A stretch of 64,000 nucleotides of DNA from Macrostomum lignano (lineage: Eukaryota): positions 97,494-161,493 of the forward strand of contig NIVC01000406.1 of the NCBI GenBank assembly GCA_002269645.1, in the 5' to 3' direction. A program made the position numbers and the translations under genes. Below are positions 13,206-23,534 of the stretch, in pieces. Numbering within the stretch: the stretch's first letter is position 1; the number at the start of each line of letters is the position of its first letter. A model generated the notes under the pieces. The model ran no database searches. It saw nothing but the letters and a program-made list of their open reading frames with translations, and was not told the origin of the DNA.

Positions 13206-13856
13206 AGTGTCAGACAGGTAGGTGATTGAAGCAGCCATCTTCAGAGGAGCTGCACGATTTCCGATATGTGTCAAAAAGACTTTCGCTATTGTTAAACTTT
13301 TTCCTTCATGCGAAACTTCAGTTTTCGCTTTAATTGGGGGAGGTAGGTGGTATTGTCAGGTAAGAAACGTAGATGCCAGGAAATGCTCATTGCTGAGTGA
13401 GCAGTCACACATGGCCACCTGGTGGGATTGGGAAGGATCTGCTACTAAAAGAGACGGGCTGTCACCGCAGCAAAAGTATAGACACTGAAGCCGGCTGCCG
13501 GAACGCGCAAAAGGGACTCAAATTTTTTAGTCTCTTATAATGCAGAATTTTAAGCCGCCGCGACCCCCCCCCTTTCCAGCTTTGCTAATTGCAGAATAAA
13601 AAATGGACATCGCTTTAAGTGTGGGGGGACTTTCTTTACACGCGCGCTTTGCTCTACTGCTTTTAGAGGAAGCGCAGCAAAAGCCGCGGGTAGGCTTCAA
13701 GTTTTAACTCTTTTGCGCAAAAGATAGGCTAGTCTTCGAAAAATGACTCAATTGTGTTTGAAATGAGCACCGTACTTTCTAGGTTGTGTTATTTTGAAGG
13801 CTGGAAGACTTTAATTTTATTGATGGATTCCCACTGTTTGGCTCAATTATCAGTGG

Positions 13857-14702
13857 GCACAAGAAGAGGCACACTAAGAGTCACACTAAGAGGCACACTA
13901 AGAGTCACACTAAGAGTCACACTAAGAGTCAGACTAAAAGTCAGACTAAGAGTCAGACTAAGAGTCACACTAAGAGGCACACTAAAAGGCACACTAAGAG
14001 GCACACTAAGAGGCACACTAAGAGTCACACTAAGAGTTACACTAAGAGGCACACTAAGAGGCACACTAAGAGTCACACTAAGAGGCACACTAAGAGTCAC
14101 ACTAAGAGTTACACTAAGAGGCACACTAAGAGGCACACTAAGAGGCACACTAAGAGGCACACTAAGAGGCACACTAAGAGTCACACTAAGAGGCACACTA
14201 AGAGGCACACTAAGAGTCACACTAAGAGTCACACTAAGAGTTACACTAAGAGTCACACTAAGAGGCACACTAAGAGACACACTAAGAGTTACACTAAGAG
14301 GCACACTAAGAGTCACACTAAGAGGCACACTAAGAGTTACACTAAGAGGCACATTAAGAGTTACACTAAGAGTTACACAAAGAGTTACACTAAGAGGCAC
14401 ACTAAGAGTTACACTAAGAGTTACACTAAGAGTTACACAAAGAGTTACACTAAGAGTTACACTAAGAGTTACACTAAGAGTTACACTAAGAGTTACACTA
14501 AGAGTTACACTAAGAGTTACACTAAGAGTTACACAAAGAGTTACACTAAGAGGCACACTAAGAGTTACACTAAGAGTTACACAAAGAGTTACACTAAGAG
14601 TTACACAAAGAGTTACACTAAGAGGCACACTAAGAGTTACACTAAGAGTTACACTAAGAGTTACACAAAGAGGCACACTAAGAGGCACACTAAGAGTCAC
14701 AC
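13857..14702. repeat. 12-bp minisatellite (ACACTAAGAGGC/GTC/GTT)n
   Basis: About 70 copies; variant shifts from GGC/GTC to GTT along the array. Confidence 0.96.
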
Positions 14703-15299
14703 TGAAGGCATCCAGCAAAAGTTACATAGCTGAATTTTATTGATATCTAGATAATACACTGTAGAAACCTACCAAACCAAAATTTTGAGTTTTGAAGATA
14801 CGGAAGCAGTCAAATGTGTACAAAAAATATTTCCGAGTCAGAATAATTCCTATGACAGATTGAGATTGGCAATCCAAGTTGGACTAGGTGTATTGTTTCA
14901 TCTTATTTGTTTTAATGCCACACACCTTCCGGCATTAGCCAACGGATGGGTAGTTATATATTTATTATTTATATATACATATATATTATCGATCAGTTAG
15001 GATTTTCGTGAATGATGCCATCAGTCAGCAAGGAAGAAAGAATGCAGAATAGATAGATCGGTTAGTCAGTAGTCAGTTTCTGTTAATCCAACACTATTGA
15101 ACAATTGACGCGATTGAGGATAAGTTGTGATTGAATTAAGCCTTGGGGAAGCTCGCGGTGAATCATTGTTTTGTCAAGAGACACCGCGCCGGGATGTTCG
15201 TCATCAATTGTTTTGCAATCGAAGCGAACAGACTCGCTTGACAAATGGGCAGATATTTATATAATTAATCGGTGAGGTTCCTGGAACTTATGCTGCTCA

Positions 15300-16532
15300 G
15301 TCATGGGATGATGCGTGTTAGTCCGGTGAGAACTCATCCATGGCGTAATCATGGGGCGATGCTTGTCAGGTGAGAGCTCATCCATGGCTTAATCATGGGG
15401 TGATGCTTGTCAGGTGAGAGCTCATCCATGGCTTATAGTCATGAGGTGATGCTTGTCAGGTGAGAGCTCATCAATGGCTTATAGTCATGAGGTGATGCTT
15501 GTCAGGTGAGAGCTCATCCATGGCTTATAGTCATGAGGTGATGCTTGTCAGGTGAGAGCTCATCAATGGCTTATAGTCATGAGGTGATGCTTGTCAGGTG
15601 AGAGCTCATCCATGGCTTATAGTCATGAGGTGATGCTTGTCAGGTGAGAGCTCATCCATGGCTTATAGTCATGAGGTGATGCTTGTCAGGTGAGAGCTCA
15701 TCAATGGCTTATAGTCATGAGGTGATGCTTGTCAGGTGAGAGCTCATCCATGGCTTATAGTCATGAGGTGATGCTTGTCAGGTGAGAGCTCATCCATGGC
15801 TTATAGTCATGAGGTGATGCTTGTCAGGTGAGAGCTCATCAATGGCTTATAGTCATGAGGTGATGCTTGTCAGGTGAGAGCTCATCCATGGCTTATAGTC
15901 ATGAGGTGATGCTTGTCAGGTGAGAGCTCATCCATGGCTTATAGTCATGAGGTGATGCTTGTCAGGTGAGAGCTCATCAATGGCTTATAGTCATGAGGTG
16001 ATGCTTGTCAGGTGAGAGCTCATCCATGGCTTATAGTCATGAGGTGATGCTTGTCAGGTGAGAGCTCATCCATGGCTTATAGTCATGAGGTGATGCTTGT
16101 CAGGTGAGAGCTCATCCATGGCTTATAGTCATGAGGTGATGCTTGTCAGGTGAGAGCTCATTCATGGCTTATAGTCATGAGGTGATGCTTGTCAGGTGAG
16201 AGCTCATCCATGGCTTATAGTCATGAGGTGATGCTTGTCAGGTGAGAGCTCATCCATGGCTTAATCATTGGGTGATGCTTGTCAGGTGAGAGCTCATCCA
16301 TGGCTTAATCATGGGGTGATGCTTGTCAGGTGAGAGCTCATCCATGGCTTAATCATGGGGTGGGGCTTGTTAGTCCGGTGAGAACTCAGCCATGGGTTAG
16401 TCATGGGGTGATACTTGTCAGTCAGGTGAGGAGAACTCTTCCATGGCTTAAACAAGAGATGATGCTTGTCAAGTGAGAGCTCATCCATGGCTTATAATCA
16501 TGAGGTGATGCTTGTCAGGTGAGAGCTCATCC
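15300..16532. repeat. 46-bp minisatellite upstream of the DEG/ENaC gene
   Basis: Unit TCATCCATGGCTTATAGTCATGAGGTGATGCTTGTCAGGTGAGAGC; homogeneous centre, degenerate ends. Confidence 0.96.
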
Positions 16533-16807
16533 AGAAGTATGGGACTGTTTCTAAAACTTGTCGCAAGGCGAGGCATTCCGATGCAAGCCGGGTCTCCATA
16601 TGCTGAGCCATTAATATTTTTCATGAATATTTTAGTTGCTCAAAGTGCTCACTGGTTATTCGAAAGATGGCATGTCATCAAATAGCACTAATAAAGAACG
16701 AAGTCTTGAAATAATCAAATTAGTTTGTGCAATCTCGCGGTTTCTGAATAGATGTAGACTTCAGGCATGTAATTTACCATTTCTTGTCATGAAAATTTAT
16801 TCAACTG

Positions 16808-17836
16808 ATGAATGTTTCAACTGCAGGAGGCAGGAAGCCAGAAGCATCGGCTGCAGCCTGCGGCGGCGGCTCGAAGTCGTCCAGCTGCGCCATGCTGTTC
16901 TGCGAGTGCAGCTCGATCCGGGGCATGCCGAAAATCGCGCGCTCATCGTCAAATTTTCTCAGAAAAATGTGGCTCACCTTTGTCGTAGTGATGACGCTAG
17001 TGCTGATTGTCTCCGCCTCGCTGTCCGTGCGTTCCTACCTGCAGTATGACGTCATCGTGCACATCTCGGACATTCAGAATCAGCGATCGCCATTTCCGGC
17101 CATAACTGTCTGCCTGCATCAGCCGTTCTCGAATCGAGCCTTCAAACTCTGGGCAAACCGTTCGGTGCTGTCGCCTAGAGAGTACAACAAGCTGCTGAGA
17201 AAGTGGGCCATCAGCATCATCAATCGCACGGAGGATTTCTCAACGATCGGCAGTACGGATCCCATATCGTACGCGCTCTACTACGACATGCTGGAAGTGT
17301 ACTATCAGAACATCCAGCTGCGGGACATCACAGTTCTCAGCCACGAGCCCAGCGTTATCCGGAAGTGCATCCTGAAGAACAGCGGCGGTATGAGCTACTT
17401 CAAAGATCCGTGCAACCTGACTGAGTACGGCTTCAGCACTAAGCTGTTCTCGCATCCGAAGCACCTGAACTGTTACACGGTTGAGCCTAGTAATCCCATT
17501 TCGTCCATTGAGACCTACTTTCTCGGCATGGCAGTTGACCTGGGACCGAAGCCCGACTATGCCAATTTTCAGCAGGGCTTCCTCAACGACGTCTTCGACC
17601 AGGCCACCGGACTGCGCGTGGTCATCCACGAGCCCAACCGATACCCCAACGTGGAGCACTTCGGCATGAACGTCGAGTCTGGCAAGATGACGGAGCTGGC
17701 CTACACCCCGACGCTGTGGAACCGCAGCAACACGCCAGTGAATCCTTGCATCCTCAGCGGCGAGTCGTTCAAGGATCTTGGCAGAGAGTTCTGGTACACC
17801 CAACGGGAGTGCACTAACAAGCACATTCAGGACCAG
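16808..17836 (+). CDS. DEG/ENaC (amiloride-sensitive sodium channel family) subunit, coding exon 1 of 2
   Basis: FCECSSIRGMPKI pre-TM1, TM1 MWLTFVVVMTLVLIV, FPAITVC, FSHPKHLNCYTV, GLRVVIHEP. Donor CAG/gtatga at 17836. Join 16808-17836,18038-18856 gives about 615 aa; start Met uncertain. Confidence 0.9.
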
Positions 17837-18037
17837 GTATGATTCTAAAATACCTGGAGCATCTCATTGGATTTCACTAAATTTGACATAGATACGACTC
17901 CAATCGAGTTGTTTGCGGCATCAAAAGATGCTTCAGAATTCGTGCAGTGTTACAAATTTTAATGTTAAGTTTAATTTAAACTCTATCTAGGTTATTTTCG
18001 CGTGCGATTTTAACTATCTACCACGCCAAATCGCCAG

Positions 18038-18856
18038 GTGATGGCTCGCTGCAACTGCATTATCGGTCTGCCCGGTTTTCCCCGGCCGAAAACGCCCAGC
18101 ATAGCGCTGCCGTACTGCGCCTCGTTCACCAGAGCCTACAACAAAACCTTCGACGACTTCTTAAACCAGCTGAACTGCTATGTTGGCGTCCTGGAGAGCC
18201 TGACTGAGGCAAACTGCCTGCCACGGTGCATCCTCACCGAGTACGAGACGAAGCCATCCGTGACCTACTGGGGCGCCACAGACTGGCAAGTATATTGGTC
18301 AGGCAAATTCGTCAACGACATTGAAGACCTCAGCAGTCTGATTCAGGACCGAGACGAGAGGGCGAAGCCGCTCCCGGAGCTCAGGGAGCGGTTCGGCGCG
18401 GTCAAAAGTCGCCTAATGCGATACCTGACGCAGGAGAATCTGACCACGGTAGGCGACGCCGACGGGCAAGTTGAAGACATGGTCGAATCAAAAAACTTCG
18501 CTTACGTTGTGCTCAAACGGAAAAGCGAAAATCTCGTACTCAAAGAGGAGAAACAGGTGCTGACGTTGAACGCGCTGATGTCGCAGATTGGCGGCCTGTG
18601 CTCGCTCACTATCGGCTTGACCTGCGCGTTCGTTGTGGAAATTGTCGAATTCTTTTACATCTACACGACTCGAGCTGCCAGCAAGCAGCCCGCCAGTGCA
18701 GCTGGAGGCCCGGCTGACTGCTCGACAGTGGCGAATGCGGCTGCAGGCGCCGCTCTATTGAATGACTCTGCGAACTCAAGGCAGCCGCAGCCGCTGCAGC
18801 CGCCACTGCAGCAACAGCAGCAGCGGTACAGAAGAGTCTGCGCGACTGAGCTCTAG
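18038..18856 (+). CDS. DEG/ENaC subunit, coding exon 2 of 2
   Basis: Acceptor cgccag/GTG in phase 0; RCNC, CLPRC..TEY Cys-rich thumb, TM2 LMSQIGGLCSLTIGLTCAFVVEIVEF, stop TAG. Confidence 0.9.
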   Translation: MMARCNCIIGLPGFPRPKTPSIALPYCASFTRAYNKTFDDFLNQLNCYVGVLESLTEANCLPRCILTEYETKPSVTYWGATDWQVYWSGKFVNDIEDLSSLIQDRDERAKPLPELRERFGAVKSRLMRYLTQENLTTVGDADGQVEDMVESKNFAYVVLKRKSENLVLKEEKQVLTLNALMSQIGGLCSLTIGLTCAFVVEIVEFFYIYTTRAASKQPASAAGGPADCSTVANAAAGAALLNDSANSRQPQPLQPPLQQQQQRYRRVCATEL

Positions 18857-19216
18857 GCCAGCCTGTCCCATGTGGGAGAGCATTAGCGAACTTGTTCTCT
18901 TGTCTCTATCACAGCTCTATCAGGCCACAGTTATTGGCGCACGTGACCTGAATATGGATGAGCCTGAGAAGGTGGCGGCGCCTGCTTGAGTCCTACTGAT
19001 GAAGAAATAATTTCGTTAAATATTTTATGCACTTGCAGTCGTCATTATAATACAGTTTCGCTCATTAATTTAATTGAAAGAGTGCCTGCCTGATATTTAT
19101 GCACAATCTATCTTATCCTCAGCTGGGAACCTGCTCCCGTGCAAGGGAAGGGGCGTGGAAGGTGGAAGCAGGTGGAAGGGGCGGGGGCGGATCCCCGGGG
19201 TCATTTACCCCATAAC

Positions 19217-19636
19217 TCCGACACCCCCTTCTCCGCGCTCTTCTTACCCCTATCTCCGACACCCACCTCACTCCGCGCTCCTCTGACCTCAAACTCCGAC
19301 ACTCACCTCCCTCCGTGTTTCACCACCCACCTCCCTCCGCGTCCTTCTAACCCCTAGTTCCGACACCCACCTCCCTCCGCGTCTTTCTAACCCCTAGCAC
19401 CGACACCCACCTCCCTCCGCGTCTTTCTAACCCCTAGCTCCGACACCCACCTCCCTCCGCGTCCTTCTAACCCCTAGCACCGACACCCACCTCCCTCCGC
19501 GTCCTTCTAACCCCTAGCACCGACACCCACTTCCCTCCGCGTCCTTCTAACCCCTAGCACCGACACCCACTTCCCTCCGCGTCCTTCTAACCCCTAGCAC
19601 CGACACCCACCTCCCTCCGCGTCCTTCTAACCCCTA
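19217..19636. repeat. 40-bp minisatellite (CCGACACCCACCTCCCTCCGCGTCCTTCTAACCCCTAGCA)n
   Basis: About 8 good copies preceded by degenerate ones. Confidence 0.93.
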
Positions 19637-20648
19637 ACTTAACTCCAGAAGACTTCCATCTGAAGCGCTATAATTTCTTTGTGATTCAGAAATTCCAGAA
19701 ATCAACCTACCGAAATTTTCACACAAGCGAGACTTGTATTTTAACTTAATGTAGCTCGGAACCGTTCCTACGTGGTGTCCATTTCCGCTCATCCATCCTT
19801 CACTCGCGGCTCGCTAGAATCAGGATTTTCAAACATCAGTTTTTTGTTTGAAATAAGTCGCTCGCATATAGTCTAAAAGTTCTATAGCACACGATCGAAC
19901 TAATGGAGAACAAATAATGCTTTGGTACATTTGCCTCACTCCCTGTTTGCTCCCACCGCTTTCCTCAGCATCTTTCCCCTCCCCTTCCCCCTCGTAGTCG
20001 CGTACCTGGCCCGCGTATCTTCGAAAACTTCAAGACCCCCAGTGGATCCGCAACTGTAGCTCTCAGCTTCCTACTTAGTCTGCTCCTTCATCGTCTCCTT
20101 TTGCCTTCCCAGCTTCCAGACATTTCATAAAAAAAGCTTAGCTCAACTCGGCTCTTATTCTTTCCAAGCCTGTCAGATGAAAGCAACTCAAAGTACTGTT
20201 TCACGGCATTCCAAGAACTTCAACCCGGAAGCAATGTGTGTAGAAATGTCTTTTATTTTGCTTTTCTCTTCTCTCTGTGCCGCGCGAGGTCTCTCTGCCT
20301 GCCTGTTTAAGCCTGATATTAAAATGCTATTGTAATTTTTCATAGTTTCAATACACGCCGCTTTTTGCTGCTTTTAATGCTGCCTTGCTGCTGTTTATTA
20401 TTCCTGAATATTATCATCGATTGAGTTGAAAAAATTATAGACTTTTTATCTAGTATATTTTTACCCTGAGGCACCCCTGTACAAAGATTCATATTATAAA
20501 TCTGCTACACGAGGGCTGCTGCAGTCTAAAATTCTGCATAGCTTACAATAGGTTGTCTGCCAAAATGCTACCATGGTAATAAACTTATCTGATGCATGAT
20601 TTTAACAGATTTCGGCAACTCTCTGTGCGGGTTATGACCTCACAGCCT

Positions 20649-20895
20649 GGCTTACGGAGGAATTGCTCAGATGTCAAGGCTTGCTAGGGGAATTGCTGAG
20701 ATGTCAAGGCTTGCTAGGGGAATTGCTGAGATGTCAAGGCAATTGCTAGGGGAATTGCTGAGATGTCAAGGCAATTGCTAGGGGAATTGCTGAGATTTCA
20801 AGGCTTGCTAGGGGAATTGCTGAGATGTCAAGGCTTGCTAGGGGAATTGCTAAGATGTCAAGGCTTGCTATGGGAATTGCGAGAAGTCAAGGCTG
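20649..20895. repeat. 30/32-bp minisatellite (GGGGAATTGCTGAGATGTCAAGGCTTGCTA)n
   Basis: About 8 copies inside a dispersed element also present at 26625-26720. Confidence 0.93.
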
Positions 20896-21509
20896 ACAGT
20901 CAGAAGCTACATGCAGTTTATTCAATAATTTTATTCCATTCTTTCTTGGCTCCTCTTGGCTCTTGGCAGCTAAAAACATTGATATAGCTAAATGAAAAAA
21001 GCAGTTTTAATCTACTAATATGCACACGCAACTCTCTGTGTATCTTCTTGCTTTTGCTTTTGAATCCTTTAAAAGCATTGTGTTTTTTATGCTCTTGCCA
21101 TGGATATAATTAACGTTATAAAAATGCTAATTGTTCTTGCATACTAAATAAAAATTTTATTTTAGAATTCTACATTTTTTTGTTTTCTATAGTGGATATC
21201 ATTAAAAATGGTTAAATATTGGTATTGATTTTTGAATTGGTGTTAATTGTTATTTTATAACAGCCGGTCAATCCTAAAAGTACATGTGCTACTACGATAT
21301 CTAGTGAAATTTTGGAGCTTAAGACAAGTGGTTTGTCCAGCAAAACTAGGTGAAAATTCCACCTGTATTCGTTATCCTTTACTTTGGTTAGTAAGATATT
21401 GCGAATAGACATGTCAGATTGAGAAAACCGAAAAAACCAGCAAGATAAAAATAGCACACAGCAGATGGAATAGAGTAGTAACAATATGATACTGGTCTAG
21501 GAACACTGG

Positions 21510-21890
21510 TCCAGGAACACCTGTCTCTATGATTAGCAAATTACCTGTCTATGGTCCCAAAATACCTGTCTCTATGGTCCCAAAACACCTGTCTCTCTAT
21601 GGTCCCAAAACACCTGTCTCTCTATGGTCCCAAAACACCTGTTTGTCTATGGTCCCAAAACACCTGTTTGTCTATGGTCCCAAAACACCTGTTTGTCTAT
21701 GGTCCCAAAACACCTGTTTGTCTATGGTACCAAAACACCTGTTTGTCTATGGTACCAAAACACCTGTCTCTATGGTCCCAAAACACCTGTCTCTATGGTC
21801 CCAAAACACCTGTCTCTATGGTCTTAAAACGTCTGTGTCTATGGTCCCAAAACACCTGTCTCTCTATGGTACCAAAACACCTGTCTCTCT
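21510..21890. repeat. 23/25-bp minisatellite (CTATGGTCCCAAAACACCTGTCT)n
   Basis: About 15 copies, degenerate edges. Confidence 0.94.
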
Positions 21891-22200
21891 GGTGCTACCT
21901 GTCCTTCTGCTCGCAAAACACTTTTCTGTGGTTCGAAAACACCAACCTCTCGGTCCTTAAACCCGCTATTTTTTCCAGCACCTGTCTCACAGTAAGAGTT
22001 CGAATTGATTTTATTTAGTCTTGCCTTGCGAAATTTAAAGTGAGATGTTTGGAAGCAGGAACGAGTACTTTTCTCAGATTAGAAAGCTAAGATTCCCATT
22101 GGCTGAGGCCTGTCTCCATCATTTACGAGTATAAATTTGCACCTAATCCAATTCAGAAAGTAGGGGAAACTTTGACACAGCGTTCGCTGCCTGCCGAGAC

Positions 22201-23484
22201 ATGAATTCATTAAACTTCACTGCCACCAACGAGTCGTCTGCAGTCACGCCGATGTCTATTTGTCGACACAGCATCGTGACCCGGCACTCCAGCACTCTCC
22301 GACTGATGCAGGCTTTTGCTCCATTGGTGGTGCAGTTGGTCCGCCTCATCCTGCCCGTCTGGATCATCCTGGGCGTGCCCGGTTCTCTGCTCAGCCTGGC
22401 CGTCTGGTCCAGTCGGCGACTTCGCACCGCGTCCAGCGTTTACCTGAGCGCTCTGGCGGTGCTGGACGCGGCGTTCTTGCTGCTGCAGCAGCTGCCTTGG
22501 CACCTGCACGCCTATTACGATCTAAGCGTCGTTGACAACCGGTTGATGTGCAGCGCGTTTCCCGTGTTCAGCCTGTGGCTGCAGTACCTCTCCCCGCTGC
22601 TAATTCTGGCCTTCACTGTCGAGCGCTACGCTGCAATCTTTCATCCGTTCGCTAGCAGACGCCTGAGCACACCGAGGCGTTCTCTGGTTGTTTCCGGTTG
22701 CCTAGCAACTGTCTGCCTGCCGCTAGCGCTGGTGCAGCTCTGCTTCTTTCGCTACGATGCTGCTCGTCAACAGTGCCTGGATGATGAGCGGGTGTTCGAA
22801 CCGGGAACGCCCAGGCATCGTCTGTACCACGCCTGGAGCAAGACTACCGAGGTCCTGTTCTTCGCTGTCACTCCCCTGACCATCCTGCTGTTCAACTCGC
22901 TGGTGCTCACCAGAGCAAGACGCCACGCTGGCGATCCGAGCAGGCGGCGAACAACCACAGCGACTCTGCTGTGCGTGTCTTTCTACCAGCTGGGCGTCAT
23001 GCTGCCGGTGTCCGTGATGCTCTTCCTCGGATTCCACGCGGCCGGAACCGACTACTTGCACTCGGCCACGTGCAACCTCACCGACTCAGAGGTCTTGGCC
23101 GGCATGTCCGAAGGTCACCTGCCGGAGGTTGCGGGCTATTTTCGACACGCCACGGCCAGCAGCCTGGTGTCACTGCTGGCCGTCAGCCACAGCGCAGTCA
23201 AGCTGTTCATCTACTTGGCCACTGGCGAGGCGTTCCGGCGCCAGCTGGCCAGACTGATGAGGCTGCGGCAGACGGTTGCCAGGGGCAACTGGAGGAGCTC
23301 ACGGGCTGCCACGGGTCTGGCATCGGCAACAATGGCTGCGCTGCCGCCGCTGCCGCCGCAGGCACAGCAGCAGCTGCTGCTACCTGTCAGGAGATCCGCC
23401 CAGCAGAGACGGCAATTGAGGAGGCAGCAGCAGCTGAAAGGAATCGAACTCGTGTCCGTACAGCAGATGGTTGCGTCAGTCTAG
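22201..23484 (+). CDS. Intronless class A (rhodopsin-like) GPCR, neuropeptide-receptor type, 427 aa
   Basis: Seven hydrophobic segments; GxxGxLL TM1, YLSALAVLD TM2, FTVERYAAIFHPF (E/DRY) TM3, TTTATLL before TM6, LFIY...FR TM7/helix 8. Resembles FMRFamide/MIP-receptor-like families; ligand not assignable. Confidence 0.9.
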   Translation: MNSLNFTATNESSAVTPMSICRHSIVTRHSSTLRLMQAFAPLVVQLVRLILPVWIILGVPGSLLSLAVWSSRRLRTASSVYLSALAVLDAAFLLLQQLPWHLHAYYDLSVVDNRLMCSAFPVFSLWLQYLSPLLILAFTVERYAAIFHPFASRRLSTPRRSLVVSGCLATVCLPLALVQLCFFRYDAARQQCLDDERVFEPGTPRHRLYHAWSKTTEVLFFAVTPLTILLFNSLVLTRARRHAGDPSRRRTTTATLLCVSFYQLGVMLPVSVMLFLGFHAAGTDYLHSATCNLTDSEVLAGMSEGHLPEVAGYFRHATASSLVSLLAVSHSAVKLFIYLATGEAFRRQLARLMRLRQTVARGNWRSSRAATGLASATMAALPPLPPQAQQQLLLPVRRSAQQRRQLRRQQQLKGIELVSVQQMVASV

Positions 23485-23534
23485 TTAAAGATACATTGTT
23501 GATTAAAATCATAAATTATCGATTTGATTCAAAT

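Noticed and set aside
17908-17960. Short hairpin motif GCGGCATCAAAAGATGCT shared with ~26985
   Set aside because: Only ~20-30 bp of similarity; probably a fragment of a dispersed repeat, with no function supportable.
17991-18037. Alternative ENaC acceptor at tatctag/GTT (17990)
   Set aside because: Gives an in-frame TGA within 17 codons; the 18037 acceptor restores homology.
16808-23484. Functional cluster of a peptide-gated channel and a peptide GPCR
   Set aside because: Only adjacency supports it; ligands are unknown and no shared regulatory element is visible.
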